A stretch of DNA of 46,372 nucleotides, from NCBI GenBank assembly GCA_001781035.1, contig MFKK01000008.1:1-46372 (forward strand), given 5' to 3'. A model generated the notes under the pieces. The model did no database searches and was not told the origin of the DNA. It saw nothing but the letters and a program-made list of their open reading frames with translations. Below, one piece after another: positions 1 to 8,821 of the stretch; positions within the stretch are counted from its first letter, which is position 1; each line of letters starts with the position of its first letter. The stretch is from Candidatus Jorgensenbacteria bacterium RIFCSPLOWO2_01_FULL_45_25b. Its GTDB lineage: Bacteria; Patescibacteriota; Minisyncoccia; UBA6257; GWB1-50-10. The position numbers and the translations under genes were made by a program.

Positions 1-278
1 TAAAGAAAATTGCAAATGCGGGCGTAATGGGTCGCGGGCATACCCCGAAGCGTTCTATTCCGGGAGAAAAAATCTCTATCCGTTATGAAGTGCCAAATTT
101 GGACATTGTTTTGCACCCGAAAAAGAAAAGAGGAGAAGGATTTAAGAAGGCTTACACTGATTTTTCGGATAAATATCTAAAAACAAAAATGCTCGCTGTA
201 TTTCCAAACGGATTTGTTGTTTTTACATCACATATTTTTGAGCAAAAGAAAAAAGAGATAGATCAAGTCTCAAAATAA
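1..278 (+). CDS. 3' end of a low-GC hypothetical protein (5'-truncated by the window), possibly the restriction endonuclease partner of the adjacent methyltransferase
   Basis: Frame is open from base 3 (KKIANAGVMGRGH...) to TAA at 276-278; AT-rich like the neighbouring MTase gene and convergent with it. No diagnostic motif seen. Confidence 0.45.
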   Translation, partial: KKIANAGVMGRGHTPKRSIPGEKISIRYEVPNLDIVLHPKKKRGEGFKKAYTDFSDKYLKTKMLAVFPNGFVVFTSHIFEQKKKEIDQVSK

Positions 279-1790
279 TTTTGGAATAATTCTGGCACTT
301 TCTATCATTTTTTCTGCCATTCGAACATAGTCTGGATTTATTTCAAAACCTATATAAGATTGCCCTAATTCTTTTGCGGCAACACATTCCGAGCCGGTGC
401 CAACAAACGGCACTAGGACAACGCCATCTTTTTTAGGTGTAGCCGATTTAATCAATTTTCTAGAAAGCTCAAGTGGTTTTTGTGTAGGGTGCTTCATAAT
501 TTCATGCCCATTATGTTTTTGTAATTGTCGTGGTTCAAAAACATCGTCGCAGGTTTTACACAAAAACCACCTCTCAATCATTCCTGCTCCGCCAGCTAAA
601 GCCGCGATTTTTATAACATCTCTCGGTAGTGCGCCGCCTTCGTGGGCTTTATAGACGGTTTCCAGTCCACTTTTGCTAAATCTGCCAATAGTTCCCCTTC
701 TTACTTTTCCAGCTGCTCCGTTTAAAAATCCTTCTGTGTACGGTTCTCTGACAGCATCTTTATTAAAAATCGGTTTGTCTTTCCATGCACATATAATTGC
801 TTCATGGCTTCTCTGCCAAAAGTTAAGAGAAGCAACATTTTTGTTTGTGTAATGCCAAATTAACCAACGTTTATTTATGGGAATTTCAACGGATAAATAT
901 GCTAATATCTCGCTAAATCCATAAATAAATATTGTTCCTGTTGGCTTCATTATTCGTACGCTTTCATTGATCCATTCTTTACACCACGCCACATATTCGC
1001 TTAATTCTCTTTTATCAATATTATTTCCAAAATCTTTGCCGATATTATATGGAGGATCTATAACAATAACATCACAACTTTCGTTTGGAAGTTTTTTAAG
1101 CTCTACTACCGCATCGCCTAAAATAATTTTATTCAGCGGCAAAGATTTTGTTTTCTTTACTGTAGAGGTAGTAATTTTTTCTGCCTGTAATTCTTCTTCG
1201 TTTTGAATAACATCAACGACAATGCCCTGAATTTTTATATCTCGGTCTTTTCTAATAATTATCGGCTTATAGCTTGAATTGGCGGGCTGTAATCTGATTT
1301 GTGATCGTTCTTGATAGAACTTTTTTAGTGTTGCTTCATAGTTATCTATCAAGGCGACTACTTGTTGACCATTTTCCGCAGCCTCTTGCTGTTTTACTAA
1401 AACAACATCGCCGTCCTTGATATTTTCATCAATCATACTATTCCCACTTACTCGCAAAGCATAAACATCACCACTCTTAGGCAATTTTGTTTTTGGCACG
1501 GCTATAAATTCATGCTGACGGATTGCCTCAATCGGTTCTCCTGCGGCAATAGTTCCCAAAAGAGGAATTTTTACTAAACTAGAAATTGAGTTAGAGATTT
1601 GAATTCCTCTTGCTCGACCATGAGCTTTTTCTAAGTATCCTTTTTGTTGAAGCGTCGTGAGGTGTTCGTGTGTAGTTGATGGAGAAATTTTAAATCGGTG
1701 AGCGATTTCACGCTCCGTTGGCGCAATGCCTTTTTTTGATATTATCTTATTGATATAATCCTTAAGTTGTTTTTGTCGGGGAGTTAGCAT
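270..1790 (-). CDS. lexA: LexA repressor fused to a C-terminal N4/N6 DNA methyltransferase
   Basis: N-terminal wHTH (MLTPRQKQL...PTEREIA), Ala-Gly cleavage site (IAAG), catalytic Ser (GNSM) and Lys (TLKK); C-terminal MTase motifs IDPPYN, HPTQKP and PFVGTGS. Start placed at ATG 1790, just after a TATAAT. Confidence 0.92.
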   Translation of the reverse strand: MLTPRQKQLKDYINKIISKKGIAPTEREIAHRFKISPSTTHEHLTTLQQKGYLEKAHGRARGIQISNSISSLVKIPLLGTIAAGEPIEAIRQHEFIAVPKTKLPKSGDVYALRVSGNSMIDENIKDGDVVLVKQQEAAENGQQVVALIDNYEATLKKFYQERSQIRLQPANSSYKPIIIRKDRDIKIQGIVVDVIQNEEELQAEKITTSTVKKTKSLPLNKIILGDAVVELKKLPNESCDVIVIDPPYNIGKDFGNNIDKRELSEYVAWCKEWINESVRIMKPTGTIFIYGFSEILAYLSVEIPINKRWLIWHYTNKNVASLNFWQRSHEAIICAWKDKPIFNKDAVREPYTEGFLNGAAGKVRRGTIGRFSKSGLETVYKAHEGGALPRDVIKIAALAGGAGMIERWFLCKTCDDVFEPRQLQKHNGHEIMKHPTQKPLELSRKLIKSATPKKDGVVLVPFVGTGSECVAAKELGQSYIGFEINPDYVRMAEKMIESARIIPKLF

Positions 1791-1796
1791 ATAAAT

Positions 1797-1840
1797 ATTA
1801 TAACACTTATACCCGAGCAAAACCCGAGCAGTTATCCACA
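1797..1840 (-). promoter_or_regulatory. lexA-MTase promoter with tandem direct repeat (candidate operator) and a DnaA-box match
   Basis: Minus-strand TATAAT at 1797-1802, 6 nt from ATG; ACCCGAGCA at 1811-1819 and 1822-1830; TTATCCACA at 1832-1840. Confidence 0.55.
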
Positions 1841-2040
1841 GTAATGATTTGTTTACCCGCCGAAAAAAATTTTCAGCTCAGGCGAGGGCGCGGCGGAAAG
1901 GGGGGGGTGGGGGAGGAAATTTTTTGCCACACTCGCGTGGCTTGTTCTTTTTCTTTTCCTGGTTGTAATTTTTATACTGCTTCAACGAGTTTAATTTCAT
2001 CCACAGACGGGAGTATTTCTTTTTTGGTATGATTAGTGGG

Positions 2041-3720
2041 ATGGATTCGGGATTGTTTGATCTTGGCATTGTTTTTGTTCTCGCGGCGGCATTAGGGATC
2101 GGAGCCAGGCTTTTGAAACAGCCACTTATTTTGGCTTATCTCGCGGCGGGAGCTTTAATTGCTTATTTCAACGTCTTTCATATTGGAGAGAAGGATGTGT
2201 TTCTGGTTTTTTCAAAACTGGGAGTTATGTTTCTTCTTTTCCTTATCGGGCTTGAGATTAACTATTCGGCTTTGCGGGTGATTGGAAGGGTCTCTCTCAT
2301 ACTCGGTCTTTCGCAGATTGTTATTACCGCTGGTTTGGGATATCTCATCGCGTATTTTTTCGGGTTCGCTTTTCTTCCCGCGCTTTATATCGCAATCGCG
2401 CTCGCCTTTTCAAGCACTATTATTGTTTTGAAACTGCTTTCGGAGAAAAGGGAGGAGCATAGCTTGTACGGGCGCATCAGTATCGGATTTCTTTTGGTTC
2501 AGGATTTTGTCGCGATTTTGCTTTTAGTTGTTCTTGCCGGCGCGCAACAATCCGGCGGTTTTTCTTTTTGGAGAATGCTTCTTACGATTATTGAGGGGGC
2601 GGCGCTTTTTAGCGCGATGCTTTTTTTAGGAAGGAGAGTGTTTCCCGCGCTTTTTAACGTCATCGCGCGATCGCACGAGCTTTTGTTTTTGGTCAGTTTG
2701 GCGTGGATGTTTCTTATGGTTTCTTTTGTGCAGAGGCTTGGGTTTTCAATTGAGATAGGTGGTTTTCTCGCGGGACTCGCGCTTGCTAATTCTTCGGAGA
2801 ATTTTCAGATCGCGGGGAGGGTGCGTCCGCTTCGAGACTTCTTTATTCTCGTGTTTTTTGTGATTCTAGGCTCTTCTCTTTTGGCCGCGAATATATCGGG
2901 CATTATTCTGCCTGTTGTCGTTTTTTCGCTTTTTGTTCTTGTTGGCAACCCCCTTATCGTGCTTATCATCATGGCAATTCTGGGGTATCGGAAGAGGACG
3001 AGTTTTTTTACCGGACTCACGGTCGCGCAGATTTCGGAGTTTAGTTTGATTTTAATCGCTTTGGGGTTGCAGATGGGGCATATTGACGAGCGGGTTTCCG
3101 CGCTTGTTACCGCGGTTGCCGTTATCACCATTACTCTTTCCACCTATCTTATGTTGTATGCCGACAAATTTTTCTTGTATCTTTTGCCGTTTCTCTCGTT
3201 TTTTGAGAGAAAGCGGCTTACGGAAAAGGACGCTCCCGGCGGAATTTCAAAAAGCGTTGTATTGGTTGGATGCCATCGGATTGGACAGAGTATCGCGTTT
3301 AGCTTGCCCAAAGAGGAACTTTTGGTTGTTGATTTTGACCCCGATATCGCTCATGAGATGAAGAAGCACGGATTTGATTATCTCATGGGCGATATTTCCG
3401 ATCCCGAGACGTTTGACAGAATTGATATGACGGACGTTTGTTTGTTTATTTCTACCAGCCCCAATTTGGAAGATAATCTCGCGATCCTTTCTTTTTTTCG
3501 GAGTTTTTCTTCGCGTCCCCGTACGGTTCTTCGCGCCGAGAGCGAGGAGGACGCGGAGGTTTTGTATAAAGAGGGGGCGGATTATGTTATATTGCCGCAC
3601 TTTACCGCCGGGCAGTATTTTGGGAAGACCATTCTTGTTGACCCCGAAATGAAGATTTTAGACCAGTTGCGGGAGCGGGACCTGGCGCTCTTGAGACGGG
3701 TGCGAGCCGGCACTTCCTGA
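2041..3720 (+). CDS. CPA2/Kef-type cation:proton antiporter with C-terminal TrkA-N (RCK) domain
   Basis: Many TM helices, LGVMFLLFLIGLE, FSSTIIVLKLL, LLVQD, QISEFS; C-terminal VLVGCHRIG Rossmann-like motif. Start chosen 7 nt after TATGAT (2028-2033). Confidence 0.9.
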   Translation: MDSGLFDLGIVFVLAAALGIGARLLKQPLILAYLAAGALIAYFNVFHIGEKDVFLVFSKLGVMFLLFLIGLEINYSALRVIGRVSLILGLSQIVITAGLGYLIAYFFGFAFLPALYIAIALAFSSTIIVLKLLSEKREEHSLYGRISIGFLLVQDFVAILLLVVLAGAQQSGGFSFWRMLLTIIEGAALFSAMLFLGRRVFPALFNVIARSHELLFLVSLAWMFLMVSFVQRLGFSIEIGGFLAGLALANSSENFQIAGRVRPLRDFFILVFFVILGSSLLAANISGIILPVVVFSLFVLVGNPLIVLIIMAILGYRKRTSFFTGLTVAQISEFSLILIALGLQMGHIDERVSALVTAVAVITITLSTYLMLYADKFFLYLLPFLSFFERKRLTEKDAPGGISKSVVLVGCHRIGQSIAFSLPKEELLVVDFDPDIAHEMKKHGFDYLMGDISDPETFDRIDMTDVCLFISTSPNLEDNLAILSFFRSFSSRPRTVLRAESEEDAEVLYKEGADYVILPHFTAGQYFGKTILVDPEMKILDQLRERDLALLRRVRAGTS

Positions 3721-3847
3721 TGCTTACGTTTTCCTTTTTCGGTTTTGGAATGTCCGAATATGGTATAATTAGAGGGTAGTGTTCTACACAAGAAACTTTA
3801 TAAAAGGTCGGGCTGTATATTATTTCTTTAATCTCGTTTTCTGATAT

Positions 3848-4528
3848 ATGGTAGAAAGTTGGATTCAGGTTGTTGTTGATTCTTTGTATAACCTTTGGAT
3901 TGGAGCGATGGGAGTCGTCGGTAGCATTATCGGCGCCCTCGTCGTTTTTATCATCGGTCTTATCGTCGCTTCGGGAATTTCCGCCATTGTTGAGCGGGCG
4001 GTAAAGATTATCAAACTTGATGATCTTTTGAAGAAGCTCGGCATTGAGGAACATTTCGGACGCGCAGGTATTAAGATCAACAGCGCGCGTTTTTGCGGGA
4101 AGGTAGTGTATTGGTTTTTCGTTCTTGTTTTCCTTCTCGCGGTCGCGGACGTGTTGAGCTTCTCAACGCTCTCTAGTTTTCTTGAGCAGGTGTTGCTCTA
4201 TGTTCCGAACGTAATCGTCTCTATTCTTATTATGCTCGCGGCTTTTGTCGTCGCGCATTTCCTTAGGAATCTTGTGATTGCTTCGGTCAAGAGCGCGAGA
4301 CTACACTCCCCGACACTTTTGGGTTCCATCACGTGGTGGGCAGTTGTTATCTTCGGCTTTCTCGCGTCTCTTTCCCAGCTTGGCATCGCGATTAGCATTA
4401 TTAACGCCCTTATTACCGGGTTTATTGCTATGCTTGCTTTGGCTGGCGGAATCGCGTTTGGGCTTGGAGGGAAGGATGTCGCGGCTGACATCTTGGAAAG
4501 AGCGGAAAAGAATTTTAGAGAGAAGTAG
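3848..4528 (+). CDS. TM-helix repeat membrane protein (MscS-associated/CmpX-like)
   Basis: Hydrophobic helices, YVPNVIVSILI, C-terminal GIAFGLGGKD. Confidence 0.7.
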   Translation: MVESWIQVVVDSLYNLWIGAMGVVGSIIGALVVFIIGLIVASGISAIVERAVKIIKLDDLLKKLGIEEHFGRAGIKINSARFCGKVVYWFFVLVFLLAVADVLSFSTLSSFLEQVLLYVPNVIVSILIMLAAFVVAHFLRNLVIASVKSARLHSPTLLGSITWWAVVIFGFLASLSQLGIAISIINALITGFIAMLALAGGIAFGLGGKDVAADILERAEKNFREK

Positions 4529-4548
4529 GTTTCTCTGTCATGGTTTTT

Positions 4549-4578
4549 AAAAAGAGCCTCCAGCGCGGGGTTCTTTTT
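4549..4578 (+). terminator. Intrinsic terminator
   Basis: AAAAAGAGCCTC-cagcgc-GGGGTTCTTTTT hairpin with T tail after the stop. Confidence 0.6.
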
Positions 4579-4610
4579 GTTATGTTTTGTTTACGAAGTC
4601 AATGAAAACA

Positions 4611-4639
4611 TTGACTCTCGGATGTCTTCTTGATACTAT
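4611..4639 (+). promoter_or_regulatory. Sigma70-type promoter of rplU
   Basis: TTGACT (4611-4616), 17 nt, TACTAT (4634-4639). Confidence 0.7.
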
Positions 4640-4646
4640 ATCTTTC

Positions 4647-4721
4647 ATGTTCGCGATTATTGAAATCCCGCATAAATCCCTTTGGGATTCTGCGGGACAG
4701 GCAGGGGAAAATAACTTATGA
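4647..4721 (+). other. 24-codon upstream ORF / relic duplicate of the rplU 5' end containing a hairpin insertion
   Basis: MFAIIEIPHKSLWDSAGQAGENNL*; first residues copy the L21 start (MTFAIIETGG); TGA overlaps the rplU ATG (ATGA). Confidence 0.55.
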
Positions 4722-5026
4722 CATTTGCAATTATTGAAACCGGTGGGAAGCAGTATAAGGTTGGAGTTGGAAAGAAGATTCAGATTGAGAAGTTGCCTTT
4801 TGAAGCAGGAAAAACCTTTCGTTTTGACAGGGTGCTTTTGAAGTTTGACGGGAAGGAGACGGTATTTGGCCAGCCATATATTCCGGGCGCCGTTATTGAG
4901 GGGGAAATTTTGAGGCAGGCTCGCGGTAAGAAGAAGATTGTATTTAAATATCACTCAAAAACCCGGTATCGAAAGAAAAAGGGACATCGGCAGGATTTTA
5001 CGGAAGTAGAGGTTACGAAGATGTAG
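4718..5026 (+). CDS. rplU: 50S ribosomal protein L21
   Basis: FAIIETGGKQYKV...KKGHRQDFTEV. Confidence 0.97.
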   Translation: MTFAIIETGGKQYKVGVGKKIQIEKLPFEAGKTFRFDRVLLKFDGKETVFGQPYIPGAVIEGEILRQARGKKKIVFKYHSKTRYRKKKGHRQDFTEVEVTKM

Positions 5027-5068
5027 GAAAAAGTTGAAAGTTGTAAGTTGAAAGAACGAACGAGGTAA

Positions 5069-5099
5069 TAAAAAGAACGGCGAAGCGCCGTTCTTTTTA
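5069..5099. terminator. Bidirectional intrinsic terminator between rplU and recR
   Basis: TAAAAAGAACGGCG-aag-CGCCGTTCTTTTTA perfect stem. Confidence 0.8.
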
Positions 5100-5696
5100 A
5101 ATTCTTCGTTTGAGGGCGTTTCGGAGAGTTTCTTCGTCCGCGAATTCAATTTCGCCGCCGGTTGGGATGCCGCGACCGAGGCGGGTTATTTTTTCCGCCA
5201 GCTCTTTGAAATCTTGTTTTATGAGTTCAAAAATAATATCCGATATGGTGTGAGGATTTAGGGCAACGATGAGTTCTTCCAGCTTTTCTTCAGGAAGGTT
5301 TTTTATGTTTTCTTTCAGGCGTTCCAAGCGGAGTTTTTGTACGCTTCCCAACATACCCTGTTCGTGGAGTTCTCCCAGAACGAGATAGGTTCCATTAAAC
5401 TCCCGTACGCGCTCCATTGTCATTACGTCCGTATCTTTTTCCACGATTGCCACGATTGTTTTTGTTCTTTGCGGGTTTTTGCAGATTATACAGAAATTCT
5501 CATTTTTTTCTTTCACAAAGAAGCAGTGTTCACAGCGGTCTATGGTTTGGAGATTGTGGAGCGCGCGCGTGAGCTCGTTTCGCGTTCTCTCATCAAGATT
5601 CGCGATGTAAAAGGCGAGACGGGTTGCCGCTCTTGGACCGAAGCCCGGAAGGCGGCGAAAACACTCAATAAAATTTTTTATGGAATCGGGAATCAT
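5097..5696 (-). CDS. recR: Recombination mediator RecR
   Basis: LPGFGPRAATRLA HhH, C4 zinc finger (CEHC...CIIC), Toprim, GIPTGGEIEFAD. Confidence 0.95.
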   Translation of the reverse strand: MIPDSIKNFIECFRRLPGFGPRAATRLAFYIANLDERTRNELTRALHNLQTIDRCEHCFFVKEKNENFCIICKNPQRTKTIVAIVEKDTDVMTMERVREFNGTYLVLGELHEQGMLGSVQKLRLERLKENIKNLPEEKLEELIVALNPHTISDIIFELIKQDFKELAEKITRLGRGIPTGGEIEFADEETLRNALKRRI

Positions 5697-5699
5697 GGG

Positions 5700-5767
5700 G
5701 TAGGCTCTAGGCTTTAGGCTCTAGGCTTTAGGAAGCTCTTTTTCCTAATGCTTAACGCCTAGCGCCT
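5700..5767. repeat. Heptamer tandem repeat with imperfect inverted partner
   Basis: TAGGCTC/TAGGCTT x4 followed by CCTAATGCTTAACGCCTAGCGCCT. Confidence 0.65.
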
Positions 5768-5771
5768 TGGT

Positions 5772-7142
5772 TTATTCGTCAAAGCCTGTGTGCTGGGTAT
5801 CTATGTTGCGGAAGGAGGCTTTTTCCGGGTCAAATTTTAACCTTACGACTCCTACGGGGCCGTTTCGATGTTTTGCAATTACAACTTTTACGAGATTTTG
5901 TTCTTCGTTTGAGAGACTTTCGTGTTTATCCGACCCGAAGGCTTCGCGGTCTTTTCGCGCGAGAAAGATGACGATGTCAGAATCTTGCTCAAGCGAGCCT
6001 GATTCTCTCAAGTCGGAGAGGCGGGGAGTTTTATCATCGCGCTGGTCGGCCGCGCGCGAGAGTTGGGAGAGAGCAAGAACGGGGATATTCAATTCTCTCG
6101 CGAGAGACTTTAATCCGCGGGAAATTTCGGTTACCTGTTGCACCATGTTGTCGCTCGTTGTTCTTGGCCTGATAAGCTGGAGATAGTCAATGACAATGAG
6201 GTCAAGTTTGTGTTCCATTTGCAGACGGCGCGCCATGGAGCGCATCTGAAGAATGGTTGGCGAGGGGGTGTCGTCAATAAAGAGAGCAAAAGAGGAGAGT
6301 TCGTCCAAAGCGTTTCGCACCATTTCAAATTCCTCATCGTCGCTTAATCTTCCCGTGCGAAGGCGCCATAGGGGAACCTGCGCTTGCGCGGATATGAGGC
6401 GATCCATAATTTGTTCGCGGGACATTTCTATTGAGAAGATGCCGACTCCGAATCCTTGAGAGGCGGCCTGGCGGGATATATCCAGAGCGAGCGAGGTTTT
6501 TCCAAATGAGGGTCGGGCGCCAAGAAGAATAAGGTCTGATTTTTGGAGTCCCGAGAGAAGATTATCCAGTTGAGTAAAGCCGGTTGGGACTCCGCGAAGC
6601 GCCCCTCCCTGGTGTTCGTGGAGCTTCTCAATTCTTTCATAACTTGTTGCAAGCTCGTCTTTTATGTGGATGAATTTTTGAGTGTGGGAGAGCTGAGATA
6701 TACCGAAGATTTTTTTCTCCACCTCGTCCAAAACCTCCTCAAAGTTCTGGCTTTCAAAGGCCTTTTCATTTATTTCGGATGAAGCGCTTATGAGGTCTCT
6801 TCTCACCCGTTTTTCCCGGACGCTTGTCGCGTAATGGAGAATGTGCGCCGAGGAGGGAACGCTTTCAATGAGATCGGTTAGATAACTTATTCCTCCGACA
6901 TGTTCCAGCTGACTTTGTTCTTTAAGTTTGGTGTTTACGGTTAAGATATCTATCGGCTTGCCCGTTTCAAAAAGTTCAAGAATCGCTTTGTAGATTTTTT
7001 GGTTCGCGGGATTGTAGAAATCATTTGGGGTTATCATATCCCCGATTTTAAGAATCGCGTCTTTATCAAGCATCAGGGCTCCCAGAACGGATGTTTCCGC
7101 CTCAAGGTCTTGTGGCGGGATTCTTGGATTTTTTATGGACAT
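5772..7142 (-). CDS. dnaB: Replicative DNA helicase DnaB
   Basis: PPQDLEAE, Walker A GARPSFGKT, IDYLQL, SQLSR, LRESGSLEQD, AKHRNGP. Confidence 0.98.
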   Translation of the reverse strand: MSIKNPRIPPQDLEAETSVLGALMLDKDAILKIGDMITPNDFYNPANQKIYKAILELFETGKPIDILTVNTKLKEQSQLEHVGGISYLTDLIESVPSSAHILHYATSVREKRVRRDLISASSEINEKAFESQNFEEVLDEVEKKIFGISQLSHTQKFIHIKDELATSYERIEKLHEHQGGALRGVPTGFTQLDNLLSGLQKSDLILLGARPSFGKTSLALDISRQAASQGFGVGIFSIEMSREQIMDRLISAQAQVPLWRLRTGRLSDDEEFEMVRNALDELSSFALFIDDTPSPTILQMRSMARRLQMEHKLDLIVIDYLQLIRPRTTSDNMVQQVTEISRGLKSLARELNIPVLALSQLSRAADQRDDKTPRLSDLRESGSLEQDSDIVIFLARKDREAFGSDKHESLSNEEQNLVKVVIAKHRNGPVGVVRLKFDPEKASFRNIDTQHTGFDE

Positions 7143-7149
7143 AAGGGTT

Positions 7150-7289
7150 AAATTTCTAATCTCTAATTTCTAATCTCTAAACAAATCCAAAATCCAAATC
7201 TCAAAAACGGAAAAACGTACTTTGAATTTTGTCTGTCAGTTGACGGACTGAGATTGTTTAGAATTTATAAATTAAGATTTAGAGATTTT
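7150..7289. repeat. Long heptamer-built fold-back element with an inner GTCTGTCAGTTGACGGAC palindrome
   Basis: Left arm TCTAATC/TCTAATT...CTAAACAAAT, right arm ATTGTTTAG...TTTAGAGATTT; inner palindrome 7231-7248; overlaps the cysS stop. Confidence 0.75.
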
Positions 7290-8739
7290 GCTCTCGAGTT
7301 TTTTGGACTAGGGGGCCGAGCGGCGTGTCCTCCACCTTATATCCTAGAGATTCAATTTTTTTTCTCAAGGCGTCGGACTGGATAAACTGTTTATGAACTC
7401 TGGATAACTCTCGTTGGCGAGCAAGTTTTTGTATGTTTTTTGGCGTTTTTTCTGATGGAAGCTCAATTCCCAACGTGGTAAGGGTTTTGCGGAGAAAAGC
7501 GAGCATGTTCCCCGCGCTTTTTTGATTCAGCGACCATATTTGTTTGTTTGCTTCCGAGACGAGCGCGAAGAGCGCGGAAACGACTTCAGGAGTTCTGAAA
7601 TCATCTTCCATGTATTCTTCTATCTTTTTTTTCGTTTCTTTCAAAGTTTTTTCAAGGCTTATCGTTCCTTTTTTCTGTTTCTTTTTGACGAATTCCAATT
7701 TTTGAAATGTTTCTTTCAGGCTTTCAATTGTTTGTTCGCTTTGACGCGCTAGTTCTTCCGTGTAGTTTATAGGGGAGCGGTAGTGGTGCGAGAGGATTAT
7801 CCATCGTAACGTTTCTGTTCGCTTGTTTTTTAGAAAGTCGCGGATGGTTATGAAGTTTCCAAGACTTTTAGACATTTTTTGATTGTTAACGCGGATAAGC
7901 CCCACGTGCATCCATATTTTTACAAAAGGTTTTTTTCCGGAAGCGGCTTCTTGTTGCGCTATTTCCGCCTCGTGATGCGGAAATTTTAAATCAAGCCCTC
8001 CTCCGTGGACGTCATACTGCGGGCCGAAGAAGTGTTCCGTAATCGCGGTATCTTCAATGTGCCAGCCGGGACGGCCAGCTCCCAACGGAGAACCCCACGA
8101 CGGTTCTCCGTTTATGAGCTTATAACTTATAGCTTTTAGCTTATAGAGCTTTTTTATTTTTGTTTCTGTTCCAGTTTTCGCGAATTTCCAGAGACAGAAG
8201 TCGCCCCTGTTGCGTTTTTTATCTCCCTCATCAATTCGGGACACGCCGTCTTCCGCCTGCTCCACGGTGCGATGGGCGAGCTTTCCGTAATCGCTGAATT
8301 TTTTGATATCAAAATAGACGCCCTCTCCGTCAATCACGTAAGCGTACCCTTTTTTTTGAAGCGTCTTGATTTGTTTTACAATTTGCGGAATAAAATCCGA
8401 AGCTCGGGCGAACGTATCAATTTGAAATATCCCTAAGTTTTTTAGGTCTTTACGGTAGCTTTTTTCGTATTTTTTCGCGAGGCTTAGCGGACTTACCCCT
8501 TCTTTTCTCGCGCGCGCGATAATTTTGTCGTCAACGTCGGTGATGTTTTGTAGGTAGCGGACGTTCCATTTACGAGACCGTAAATAGCGGACGACGATGT
8601 CAAATGTAAGCTGGGCGCGAGCGTGGCCGATATGCGAATCGTCGTATACCGTTGGACCGCAGACAAACAGACGCAAGGGTTTACCGCGAGGTTTTTCCAA
8701 CCTTTCTTTTTTTCCGGAGAGGGTGTTGTAGATTTGCAT
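7279..8739 (-). CDS. cysS: Cysteine--tRNA ligase
   Basis: VCGPTVYD, HIGH, GRPGWHIED, HGGGLDLKFPHHE, KMSKS. Start set at MQIYNTLSG because the longer upstream frame is made of repeats. Confidence 0.97.
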   Translation of the reverse strand: MQIYNTLSGKKERLEKPRGKPLRLFVCGPTVYDDSHIGHARAQLTFDIVVRYLRSRKWNVRYLQNITDVDDKIIARARKEGVSPLSLAKKYEKSYRKDLKNLGIFQIDTFARASDFIPQIVKQIKTLQKKGYAYVIDGEGVYFDIKKFSDYGKLAHRTVEQAEDGVSRIDEGDKKRNRGDFCLWKFAKTGTETKIKKLYKLKAISYKLINGEPSWGSPLGAGRPGWHIEDTAITEHFFGPQYDVHGGGLDLKFPHHEAEIAQQEAASGKKPFVKIWMHVGLIRVNNQKMSKSLGNFITIRDFLKNKRTETLRWIILSHHYRSPINYTEELARQSEQTIESLKETFQKLEFVKKKQKKGTISLEKTLKETKKKIEEYMEDDFRTPEVVSALFALVSEANKQIWSLNQKSAGNMLAFLRKTLTTLGIELPSEKTPKNIQKLARQRELSRVHKQFIQSDALRKKIESLGYKVEDTPLGPLVQKTREQNL

Positions 8740-8742
8740 GAT

Positions 8743-8810
8743 ATACGAATGTACGAATCTTCTTACGAATGTACGAATATAACAAATTCGTTTATTCGTA
8801 TTCATTCGTT
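8743..8810. repeat. TACGAAT-type repeat fold-back upstream of cysS
   Basis: TACGAATGTACGAAT twice, followed by ATTCGT x3. Confidence 0.7.
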
Positions 8811-8821
8811 TTTCGCTGATT

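Noticed and set aside
8740-8805. N-terminal extension of CysRS from the ORF track
   Set aside because: Encoded by TACGAAT repeats; the conserved start MQIYNTL begins at 8739.
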